Assembly (NCBI GenBank): GCA_965261975.1
Contig: CBDHEC010000029.1
Span: 1-29,093 of the forward strand
Reading direction: 5' to 3'
DNA from: Alphaproteobacteria bacterium
GTDB lineage: Bacteria; Pseudomonadota; Alphaproteobacteria; UBA6615
Length of the DNA stretch: 29,093 nt
Shown here: piece by piece, positions 17,977 to 26,026 of the stretch
How positions within the stretch are numbered: position 1 is the stretch's first letter
Layout of the letters: each line of letters starts with the position of its first letter
Program-made: the position numbers and the translations under genes
Notes under the pieces: model-generated
Database searches by the model: none
What the model saw: the letters and a program-made list of their open reading frames with translations, nothing else
What the model was told of the DNA's origin: nothing

Positions 17977-18126
17977 GGTGACGTCACGGATGGTGGCCGG
18001 CGCTGGTGGCCGGGCCATTCGGCCCCGGTCGGCCGTTGTTCGGATGACGTTTACCGGGGTGCCGACTGAGGATAAGAATAGATAAACGCCGGGCCCACCC
18101 GGCTGTGACATTCAGGGAGATGCAGC

Positions 18127-19380
18127 ATGCATTACAATCAACCTCGTTCCACCGCGACCTGGGGCACGATGGCCAAGGACTGGGAGATCGGTGTCGATTT
18201 CCAGCGGCTTAACCGGGAACGCCCGGCGCGTGCCAAGGCGGCGATCAAGGAAGCCGGTCTCGCAGCCGTGCTGTGTTTCACCTTCGACAATATCCGCTAC
18301 GTCACGGGCACCCATATCGGTGAATGGGGGCGGGATAAATTCGACCGCTACGCGATCTGCCCGGCCGAAGGCGACTACTATCTTTGGGATCCGGCCCCGC
18401 CGGCCAAGCGCAAGAGCGCGCCCTGGCTCGACGGGCGCGTCGATGCGCCGATAAGCACGCTGCAAGGGGCGCTGCCGCCCAAGCACGGCATCCAGGATGA
18501 TTTCGCCAAGCAGATCAAGAAGGCTTTGGTCGATATGGGGATCGATGGCAAACCCCTGGGCATTGATCTGATGGAACTCCCGATGTTGCGGGCGCTTGAG
18601 GCAGAAGGCATCGAGGTCGTCGACGGTCAGCAGGCCATGCTGAATGCGCGCGAGGTCAAAACCCAGGACGAGATCGAGTTGCTCAAGCAGGCGGCTGCGA
18701 TGGTCGACGGCACTTACTACGACATCGCCGCTGCGATCCGCCCCGGCGCGCGCGAAAGCGATCTCGTCGCGATCGCGCATGACCGGCTCTACAGCATGGG
18801 GTCGGAGCGGGTCGAGTGCATCAACTCCGTCGCCGGTCCGCGTGGCGCGCCCCATTCGCACACCTTCTCGGACCGGATCATCCAGCCGGGTGACATGATC
18901 TTCCTGGACATCATGCATTCGTTCAACGGCTACCGGACCTGTTACTACCGCACCTTCATTTGCGGCGTTCCCAACGAGGCCCAGATCGAAGCCTATGAGC
19001 AGTGCTCGAAATGGGTGAGCGCTGCGATCGATGCCATCAAGCCGGGCGTCACGGTCGATGAGATCGCGCTGGTCTGGCCCAAGGCCGAGGAATTCGGCTA
19101 CGCCAACGAAGAAGAAGCCTTCCTGTTGCAGTTCGGGCATGGGATCGGCCTCAGCCTGTGGGAGCGTCCGATCATTTCGCGGCGTTATCTCGGCCAGGAC
19201 ACGGTCCTGAAAGAGGGCATGGTCTTCGCGGTTGAGTGCTGGAAGGGCGCCGAAGACGGATCCGGCGCGGCGCGCATCGAAGAAGAGGTCGTTGTCACCA
19301 AGGATGGCTGTGAGATCATCACCAACTATCCGAGCGACCATCTGATTTCTTGCGGCCTGCCAGGCTGCGAAATCCTCTAG
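18127..19380 (+). CDS. M24 (pita-bread fold) Xaa-Pro peptidase/creatinase-like enzyme with an atypical metal site
   Basis: Creatinase/prolidase N-domain (NIRYVTG), REVKTQDEIELL, GDMIFLD, FGHGIG, GMVFAVE and ARIEEEVVVT. A GGGAGA RBS precedes the start. Confidence 0.9.
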   Translation: MHYNQPRSTATWGTMAKDWEIGVDFQRLNRERPARAKAAIKEAGLAAVLCFTFDNIRYVTGTHIGEWGRDKFDRYAICPAEGDYYLWDPAPPAKRKSAPWLDGRVDAPISTLQGALPPKHGIQDDFAKQIKKALVDMGIDGKPLGIDLMELPMLRALEAEGIEVVDGQQAMLNAREVKTQDEIELLKQAAAMVDGTYYDIAAAIRPGARESDLVAIAHDRLYSMGSERVECINSVAGPRGAPHSHTFSDRIIQPGDMIFLDIMHSFNGYRTCYYRTFICGVPNEAQIEAYEQCSKWVSAAIDAIKPGVTVDEIALVWPKAEEFGYANEEEAFLLQFGHGIGLSLWERPIISRRYLGQDTVLKEGMVFAVECWKGAEDGSGAARIEEEVVVTKDGCEIITNYPSDHLISCGLPGCEIL

Positions 19381-19408
19381 ATCGGTTTCGGCCGGGGACA
19401 TTCTGATC

Positions 19409-20311
19409 ATGGCGCATGACACGAAAGTCGGTTGGATCGGCGTGGGCATGATGGGGGAACCCATGGCCCGCAACGTGATGAACGCCGGATTCCCTCTCCG
19501 GGTCTACAACCGGACGCGCGACAAGGTCCGCGATCTGGAGAAGGATGGCGCCGGTGTCGCAGACAGTGTTGCCGACCTGGCATCCGGCTGTGATGTCCTC
19601 ATCTCCATGATTTCCGCTGATGCGGCGCTCGAGGCTGTTTCCATTGCCGAGGGTGGTGCCTTCGCAGCCATGATGCCCGGCAGCATATTCATCGACATGA
19701 GCACGGTCTCGCCGGCGATGTCGGCACGTGTTGCCGAAGTGGCCGAGGCGAAGGGGATCCACTATCTGCGGGCCCCGGTGTCCGGCAGCATTGGTCTTGC
19801 GGCGGCGGGGACCCTCACGATTTTCGCGTCGGGGCCGGAGAACATCTTCGAGGATTGCCGCGGCCTGTTCGAGGCGATGGGCGGCAAGGTGTTTCATGTG
19901 GGCGCCGCCGAGGAATCTCGTTTCCTCAAACTGTCGATCAACATGATGGTGGGCATCACGGCCGGCATGATGGCCGAGGCGTTGACCCTCAGCGAAAAAG
20001 GCGGCGTGGACTGGGACCAGATGATCGACATCATCGGCAGCAGTGCGGTTGCCTCACCCCTGGTCGGCTACAAGGTCGATGCCCTGAAGAACCGCGATTT
20101 CACACCCGCCTTTCCGGCCTGGATGATGTCGAAGGATTTCGACCTCGCGCTGGATGCGGCCCGGGATGAGAGTATCCCGCTGCCGATCACATCGCTGGTG
20201 CGCCAGCACTGGAGTGCCATGGAGGCCACCGGTCGCGGCGAGATGGATTTCTTCGCCTATGTGACCCTGATGGAGCATCTGTCGGGTCTCGGGGACGATT
20301 CGAACGACTGA
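19409..20311 (+). CDS. NAD(P)-dependent beta-hydroxyacid dehydrogenase (3-hydroxyisobutyrate dehydrogenase/tartronate semialdehyde reductase family)
   Basis: GWIGVGMMG, YNRT, IDMSTVSP, RAPVSGS, the catalytic Lys in LKLSINMM, and KDFDLA. Confidence 0.93.
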   Translation: MAHDTKVGWIGVGMMGEPMARNVMNAGFPLRVYNRTRDKVRDLEKDGAGVADSVADLASGCDVLISMISADAALEAVSIAEGGAFAAMMPGSIFIDMSTVSPAMSARVAEVAEAKGIHYLRAPVSGSIGLAAAGTLTIFASGPENIFEDCRGLFEAMGGKVFHVGAAEESRFLKLSINMMVGITAGMMAEALTLSEKGGVDWDQMIDIIGSSAVASPLVGYKVDALKNRDFTPAFPAWMMSKDFDLALDAARDESIPLPITSLVRQHWSAMEATGRGEMDFFAYVTLMEHLSGLGDDSND

Positions 20312-20409
20312 CGGTCGCGCTTGTTTCCGGGCGTCGGGGAAGATTTACCGTATCGGGTTTCGTGTTGCGGTGGTTTTGGCCGCGAAAGCAAGAAGAGGAA
20401 AAGACATTC

Positions 20410-21609
20410 ATGGCGCGTATTCAGGTCACCCTGATCACCGGCTTTCTCGGTAGCGGCAAGACGACCCTCCTCAACGCGTTGCTGCAGCACCCGGACATGT
20501 CGCAGGCCGCAGTGATCGTGAATGAGTTCGGCGAGATCGGCCTCGACTACGACCTGGTCGAGCGCAGCGATGAATCGGTCGTGCAACTGGAAAACGGATG
20601 CCTGTGCTGCACGGTCAAGAGTGACCTGATCGATACCTTCCGGGACCTGCATCTTCTGCGTCTCAGTGGGAAGTTTCCGAAGTTCGACCGGGTGGCGATC
20701 GAGACGACTGGCATTGCCGACCCCGGGCCTGTCCTGCAGATCATTCTCACCGATCCGCTCGTGAGCAATGTGTATTCGCTGGATGGCGTGGTCACGACGA
20801 TCGACGCGATCAATGGCGAGGATTCGCTCGACCGGTTCGCCGAATGCGTCAAGCAGGCCGCCATCGCGGACCGGATTTTCATCACCAAGAGCGACTTGCT
20901 GGCCGACGATGAGCGTGACGCGAAGCTTGCCGCAATCGAAGCACGACTGAAGGCCATGAACCCGGGTGCGAATATCGTTCAGGCCGATGCCCGGGACATC
21001 AAGCCGTCCGATCTGTTCGGGCACGGTCTTCTGGACCCGCGGAGCAACACGGTCGATGTCGAGGCATGGTTGCGGGCGGAAGCCTATGTCACGCCCGATG
21101 GCACGCCGGTGTCCAATGCCGGGGTTCGTTTGCCGCGCAGCGGTCAGGCGGAGGGCGACACGAAGGCATACTACGAAAGCTACGGCCACCAGCCGGCCGA
21201 CATGCACGATGTGCACGATGACGACCATGACCATGACCATGACCATGACCATGCGCATGATCCGCTGATCAATTCCTTCTGCCTGGTGCGTGAAGAGCCG
21301 ATCGCGATGGACACGCTGCGGATGTTCCTGGAAGCGCTGGCCAATGAGGCGGGGCCGGACCTGCTGCGGGTCAAGGGCATCGTCAATGTTGCCGAACGCC
21401 CCGAGAATCCTGCGGTGATCCAGGGTGCCCAACAGATATTCCATTCCCTGGAATGGCTGCCGAATTGGCCGACCGATGACCTTCGCACGCGGATCGTGTT
21501 CATTACCCGTGGGCTCGATCAGGCCTATATCGAGGATTCGTTCGAACTGATCGAGCGGGTCGCTGCCCGCACCATTGCGGCGGGCGCCGGCATGCCGGCG
21601 CAGATCTGA
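20410..21609 (+). CDS. COG0523/CobW-family G3E GTPase metallochaperone
   Basis: Walker A GFLGSGKTT, NEFGE, GCLCC (CxCC), ETTG, TKSD, a His/Asp tract, and the CobW_C motif LLRVKG...IVFI. ATG 20410 follows a GAGG RBS. Confidence 0.95.
   Translation: MARIQVTLITGFLGSGKTTLLNALLQHPDMSQAAVIVNEFGEIGLDYDLVERSDESVVQLENGCLCCTVKSDLIDTFRDLHLLRLSGKFPKFDRVAIETTGIADPGPVLQIILTDPLVSNVYSLDGVVTTIDAINGEDSLDRFAECVKQAAIADRIFITKSDLLADDERDAKLAAIEARLKAMNPGANIVQADARDIKPSDLFGHGLLDPRSNTVDVEAWLRAEAYVTPDGTPVSNAGVRLPRSGQAEGDTKAYYESYGHQPADMHDVHDDDHDHDHDHDHAHDPLINSFCLVREEPIAMDTLRMFLEALANEAGPDLLRVKGIVNVAERPENPAVIQGAQQIFHSLEWLPNWPTDDLRTRIVFITRGLDQAYIEDSFELIERVAARTIAAGAGMPAQI
21223..21252 (+). repeat. (GACCAT)5 perfect hexamer repeat encoding (Asp-His)5 in the CobW-family linker
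   Basis: gaccat x5 read directly from the sequence and in frame. Confidence 0.95.
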
Positions 21610-21714
21610 GACCCGTATGAAACCGTCATTCGTTCAATATTCGATTCATATCCCGACCCCGGCCCTGATGGGGCCGGTGGCCCGTGCGGCGATGGATCAA
21701 TGCAGGAGCCGATC

Positions 21715-23910
21715 ATGGTAAAGCACATCAATCTGAGCCCCGAGGCGCCGTGGCAGGAAATTCGTTCCACCGCAAAGGACTGGGACAACGTCGGCGAGGA
21801 TGAGGTGATCCGGATGCTGCAGCATCTGCATCTGGTCCGCGCGTTCGAGGAGACGGTGCTGGAGCTGGACGGCGAGGGCCTGATCCATGGTCCGGCCCAT
21901 TCGAGCATCGGACAGGATGGTGGAGCGGTTGGCGCTATCGCGGCGATGCGCGGCAGCGACCAGATCACCGGCTCGCACCGCGGTCATCACCAGTTTCTTG
22001 CCAAGGCGCTGCGTTATGTGGATGAAGGTGCCCCCGATCCCCGCGAGACCCCGCCGTCGGGCGAGGTCGAGACGCTGCTGAGGCGGAGCCTGGCGGAGAT
22101 CCTGGGTCTGTCCGAGGGTTACTGCAAGGGACGCGGTGGCTCGATGCATTTGCGATGGGAAGAGGCCGGGGCGCTTGGGACCAACGCGATTGTCGGCGGC
22201 GGTGTGCCCCTGGCGAATGGCGTCGCCTGGGCGCGCAAGCGCAAAGGGGAGGGCGATGTTGTGTTCACCTTCTTCGGCGATGGCGCGGTCAATATCGGCT
22301 CGATCCCCGAGTCCCTGAATCTTGCCGCGCTCTGGGACCTGCCGATCTGTTTCTTCATCGAGAATAACGGCTATGCCGTCTCTACCACCCTGGAAGAAGA
22401 AACGCGCGAAACCCGATTGTCTTCACGCGGGCTCGCCTACGGAATTACCTCCTTCAGGGTCGATGGCATGGACCCGATCGCGGTTCGCGTTGCGGCTCAG
22501 GAGGCCGTCGATCTGATGCGCGCCGGCAAGGGCCCGGTCATCATCGAGGCCAATGTCTATCGTTACTTCCATCATGGTGGTGGCATCGCGGGCAGCGCGT
22601 TCGGCTATCGCGACAAGGAAGAAGAGGCCGAGTGGCGCACGCGCGATCCCCTGATGAAGATCGCCAAGGAAGCGATCAAGCGCAACTGGATCGACGCGGA
22701 TGGCGATGCGGCGATGCGTGCCGGTGCCCAGGAGATCATGCAGCGTGCCGCAGAACAGTTGACGGAGCAGGACGGCAACCAGCGTCAGATCATTCCGGCC
22801 CTGTGGCCCGATACAGCGTTCCGGGACGAGGGACTGCGCGGCGACATGTCCGAGTTCGACGGTGTTCGCTACGAGGAGCTGGAAACCTTCTCGGGCGAGA
22901 TCACCGAGATGAAGTATGTCGAGGCCTGTTCCGGCGTCATGAACCGGCGGATGGAAACCGACGAGCGGATATTCTGCATCGGTGAGGACATTCACCGCCT
23001 GCGCGGCGGCACCAATGGCGCCACGAAAGGCTTGGCCGACCGGTGGCCCGACCGGACGGTCGGCACCCCGATCGCCGAACTCGGCTTCACCGGCCTGGCG
23101 GGTGGCGCGGCCATGGAGGGCACCTATCGCCCCGTGGTCGAGCTCATGTATCCCGACTTTGCGCTGGTGGCGGCCGACCAGCTGTTCAACCAGATCGGCA
23201 AGGCGCGTCACATGTTCGGCGGCGAGACCAACATGCCGGTCGTGGTGCGTACCAAGATCGCGTTGGGGTCGGGCTATGGATCCCAGCATTCCATGGACCC
23301 GGCCGGGCTTTATGCCCAGTGGCCGGGCTGGCGGATCGTCGCGCCGTCGACGCCGTTTGACTATGTCGGGTTGATGAACAGCGCCTTGCAATGCGAGGAC
23401 CCGGTGCTCGTGATCGAGCATGTCGAGCTTTACAACGCGGACGGGCCGGGGCCGGCCGAATACCTCGATTATTACATCCCGCTGGGCAAGGCCAAGGTGG
23501 TGCGCCCGGGCGAGACCTTTACGGTACTGACCTATTCCGCGATGACGGCCAAGGCGATCAACAGCGCCGAGCAGATGGGACTGGATGCGGAGATCATCGA
23601 TCTACGCTCCCTTGACCGGGCCGGGATCGACTGGGATTGCATCGGCGACAGTATCCGCAAGACCAATAACGTCGTGGTTGTCGAGCAGGGCCCACTGACA
23701 GTCTCGTACGGGGCGATGCTCACCGATGAGCTGCAGCGGCGCTTCTTTGACTATCTCGACCAGCCGGTGAAGCGAATCCATGGCGGCGAATCCTCGCCGA
23801 GCGTGTCGAAGATCCTGGAGCGTTCCTCGATGGTCGGGGAAGAGGAAATCCGTGCAGGCTTTGCCGAGATCATGGCCGATATGGGCCTCGGCCAGATGGC
23901 CACGCAGTAG
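21715..23910 (+). CDS. Fused E1 alpha/beta TPP-dependent 2-oxoacid dehydrogenase-family enzyme
   Basis: Alpha domain: HSSIGQ, SHRGH, GRGGSMH and the TPP motif GDGAVN..ENNGY. Beta domain: IGEDI, TPIAE, DQLFNQ, SQHS and IDLRSL. The AGGAG RBS favours ATG 21715 over 21700. Confidence 0.93.
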   Translation: MVKHINLSPEAPWQEIRSTAKDWDNVGEDEVIRMLQHLHLVRAFEETVLELDGEGLIHGPAHSSIGQDGGAVGAIAAMRGSDQITGSHRGHHQFLAKALRYVDEGAPDPRETPPSGEVETLLRRSLAEILGLSEGYCKGRGGSMHLRWEEAGALGTNAIVGGGVPLANGVAWARKRKGEGDVVFTFFGDGAVNIGSIPESLNLAALWDLPICFFIENNGYAVSTTLEEETRETRLSSRGLAYGITSFRVDGMDPIAVRVAAQEAVDLMRAGKGPVIIEANVYRYFHHGGGIAGSAFGYRDKEEEAEWRTRDPLMKIAKEAIKRNWIDADGDAAMRAGAQEIMQRAAEQLTEQDGNQRQIIPALWPDTAFRDEGLRGDMSEFDGVRYEELETFSGEITEMKYVEACSGVMNRRMETDERIFCIGEDIHRLRGGTNGATKGLADRWPDRTVGTPIAELGFTGLAGGAAMEGTYRPVVELMYPDFALVAADQLFNQIGKARHMFGGETNMPVVVRTKIALGSGYGSQHSMDPAGLYAQWPGWRIVAPSTPFDYVGLMNSALQCEDPVLVIEHVELYNADGPGPAEYLDYYIPLGKAKVVRPGETFTVLTYSAMTAKAINSAEQMGLDAEIIDLRSLDRAGIDWDCIGDSIRKTNNVVVVEQGPLTVSYGAMLTDELQRRFFDYLDQPVKRIHGGESSPSVSKILERSSMVGEEEIRAGFAEIMADMGLGQMATQ

Positions 23911-23924
23911 GACGGGGGCGACAG

Positions 23925-24467
23925 ATGACGGCAGAGTCAAAAGGTATTCCCGGCCTCCGGGGTACCGATCATATCGGGATCACCGTGCCGAACCTGGAGG
24001 AAGCGGTCGCGTTTTTCATCGACGTGATCGGTTGCGAGCCGTTCTACGAAATCGGCCCGTTCGAGTTCGACGATGACTGGATGAAGGAACGTCTGAACGT
24101 TCATCCGCGCACGGTGATGCGGAAGCTCAAATTTCTGCGCTGCGGGAATGGCTCCAATTATGAGCTGTTCGAGTATGAGGCGCCGGACCAGAACACGAAA
24201 CCGCCGCTGAACAGCGATATCGGCGGCCATCATCTGGCGCTTTACGTCGATGACATGGACGCGGCGCTCGATCATCTGCGCGCCCATGGGGTGCAGATCC
24301 TGGGCGAACCCACGGTTCGCACCGACGGGCCGAGCGCGGGCCAGAGCTGGGTCTATTTCCTGGCGCCCTGGGGGCTGCAGTTCGAGCTGGTCTGCTTCCC
24401 CGACGGCAAGGGGTATGAACGCGAGACCGACCGGCGGCTCTGGCACCCGGCCTTTCCCGACCAGTAG
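23925..24467 (+). CDS. VOC (glyoxalase) family metalloprotein, epimerase-like
   Basis: Four metal-ligand positions are visible in DHIGITVP, YELFEY, HHLALYVDD and PWGLQFEL. The gene starts 14 nt after the E1 stop. Confidence 0.9.
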   Translation: MTAESKGIPGLRGTDHIGITVPNLEEAVAFFIDVIGCEPFYEIGPFEFDDDWMKERLNVHPRTVMRKLKFLRCGNGSNYELFEYEAPDQNTKPPLNSDIGGHHLALYVDDMDAALDHLRAHGVQILGEPTVRTDGPSAGQSWVYFLAPWGLQFELVCFPDGKGYERETDRRLWHPAFPDQ

Positions 24468-24485
24468 GCCATCGGCTTTCCGGCC

Positions 24486-25565
24486 CTAGTCCACCGTGTA
24501 GCGTTTTACTGCGTCCGCACTGAAAATCATGCCGTGACCGGGTCGGTCGGGCGGCGCCATATGTCCGTCTGTAATCACCGGCGGATGTTCCCACAGATCG
24601 TCCGGTGATCCCGCGAGCACCTCGACGAGTGCGGCGTTGGGGATGGCCGCCAGGACCTGGATGGACAATTCCGGCACCAGATGCGGCGCGATCTTCACGT
24701 CATAGGCGGCCGCGAGATGGGAAATCTTCATCATCTCGCTGAACCCGCCGCAGCGGTGAATGTCCGGGTTGAGAAACTGCGCTGCGCGCGCCTCGATCAG
24801 GTCGCGAAAGCCGTAGCGTGTGTACTCATTCTCTCCCGTCGCGACCGGTATTGGGATCCCGGCGGCCACGTCGGCGCATTGCTGGATGTTGTCGGCCAGC
24901 ACCGGTTCCTCGTACCAGTACAGTCCGAACTCCTCGAGCATGCGGCCCACACGAATGTTGGTGGCGACGTCCCAGCGCTGATTGGCGTCGACCAGGATCT
25001 CCATGTCGAAGCCGAGCGCCTCGCGGACACGCCGGACACGGTCGATATTCTCGGCCACGTTGGGCAGGCCCAGTTTGAATTTGTAGTGACGACAGCCTTG
25101 TGCGCGAAAGGCCTCGGCTTCGGCGATGATTTCGTCGACCGAGTAGGACAGAAATCCGCCGCTGCCATAGACCGGCACATGTTCGTTATGTGCGCCGAGC
25201 AGGTGCCAAACGGGGCGGTCTAGCGACTTGCCGAGGATATCCCACAGGCCGATATCGATCGCGCTCATGGCGTAGACGGGGATGCCCTTCTTGCGCAGGC
25301 CGCGGTCATTCTCGTACATGGCCTGCCAGATGGCGCCGATCTGCAGCGGGTCGGCGCCGATCACCAGCGGCAGGATGCTGTCTTCCAGATAGGCCCTGAC
25401 CGCGCTCGCCCCCATGCCGCCGACAAGCATCGTGTAGCCCAGGCCTTCGATGCCCTCATCGGTTTCGATGCGCGTGACGACGTAGGTGTTGGCCGCATAA
25501 TAGGTGTTAACCGGCGGCCCGTTCGGGACCGCCATCGTCGAAATGGTCACGTTTGTAATTTTCAT
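24486..25565 (-). CDS. Mandelate racemase/muconate lactonizing enzyme family (enolase superfamily, MR subgroup)
   Basis: SAIDIGLWDILGK, the KxK motif YKFK, metal ligands in VDAN/WYEEP/TGEN, the Asp-His dyad in NPD...APH, and RPGHG. ATG 25565 follows a GGAG RBS; the ORF-track start at 25808 is over-extended. Confidence 0.93.
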   Translation of the reverse strand: MKITNVTISTMAVPNGPPVNTYYAANTYVVTRIETDEGIEGLGYTMLVGGMGASAVRAYLEDSILPLVIGADPLQIGAIWQAMYENDRGLRKKGIPVYAMSAIDIGLWDILGKSLDRPVWHLLGAHNEHVPVYGSGGFLSYSVDEIIAEAEAFRAQGCRHYKFKLGLPNVAENIDRVRRVREALGFDMEILVDANQRWDVATNIRVGRMLEEFGLYWYEEPVLADNIQQCADVAAGIPIPVATGENEYTRYGFRDLIEARAAQFLNPDIHRCGGFSEMMKISHLAAAYDVKIAPHLVPELSIQVLAAIPNAALVEVLAGSPDDLWEHPPVITDGHMAPPDRPGHGMIFSADAVKRYTVD

Positions 25566-25708
25566 CTGGTGATCTCCCCGGCCGGATATACTGCCTTTTC
25601 TGCGACGATAGCTGGCGATGTGGGTGACACCAAGATCATCTTGTGGCGATGTTGTATAGGATAGAGAACACCGGCAAGGGTTACGGCTGATCGAGGGGTA
25701 GAACCATA

Positions 25709-25912
25709 ATGACCAAGGCACGGGCCCGGCAGCGGGCGAAAGCAAAAGCGGGCCAGAAGGCCAAGAAACGCGCGGCGCAGGCCGAGCAGCCGAACACGAA
25801 CACCCCACCGGGCCGGTTCGATCCGGGGACGAGTTCGATCACCAAGCCGGGTGGCGGCACGAACAATTCGAACTTTGCCGAAGCGCGGCGCGGTGCCGCC
25901 CGGTCTCGCTAG
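25709..25912 (+). CDS. Small basic hypothetical protein (67 aa)
   Basis: Fills an otherwise empty gap, has GAGGGG about 10 nt upstream of the ATG and mostly G/C third codon positions. It has a Lys/Arg/Ala-rich N-terminus and a RRGAARSR tail. Confidence 0.65.
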   Translation: MTKARARQRAKAKAGQKAKKRAAQAEQPNTNTPPGRFDPGTSSITKPGGGTNNSNFAEARRGAARSR

Positions 25913-26026
25913 CGCGCCACCCGACAGTCACGACGCGTTGAAGCCCGCATCGTTTTCCTTCCGGTCGGGAATGCCCATATGAAGGGCGTGTTTTCGCTTC
26001 GCCCTTGATTTCCAGAGGACCGACCC

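Noticed and set aside
17991-18103. Direct repeat TGGTGGCCGG x2 and a 6-bp hairpin upstream of the M24 gene
   Set aside because: Short GC-rich matches with no CRISPR periodicity or recognisable RNA family.
21604-21680. CTGAGA-CCCGT..GAAACC upstream of a TPP enzyme, resembling the start of a TPP riboswitch
   Set aside because: It lacks the P3 helix and the downstream CUGAU..GG.UAAU.CC.GCG.AGG core, and it overlaps the upstream stop codon. An Infernal search with the TPP model would settle it.
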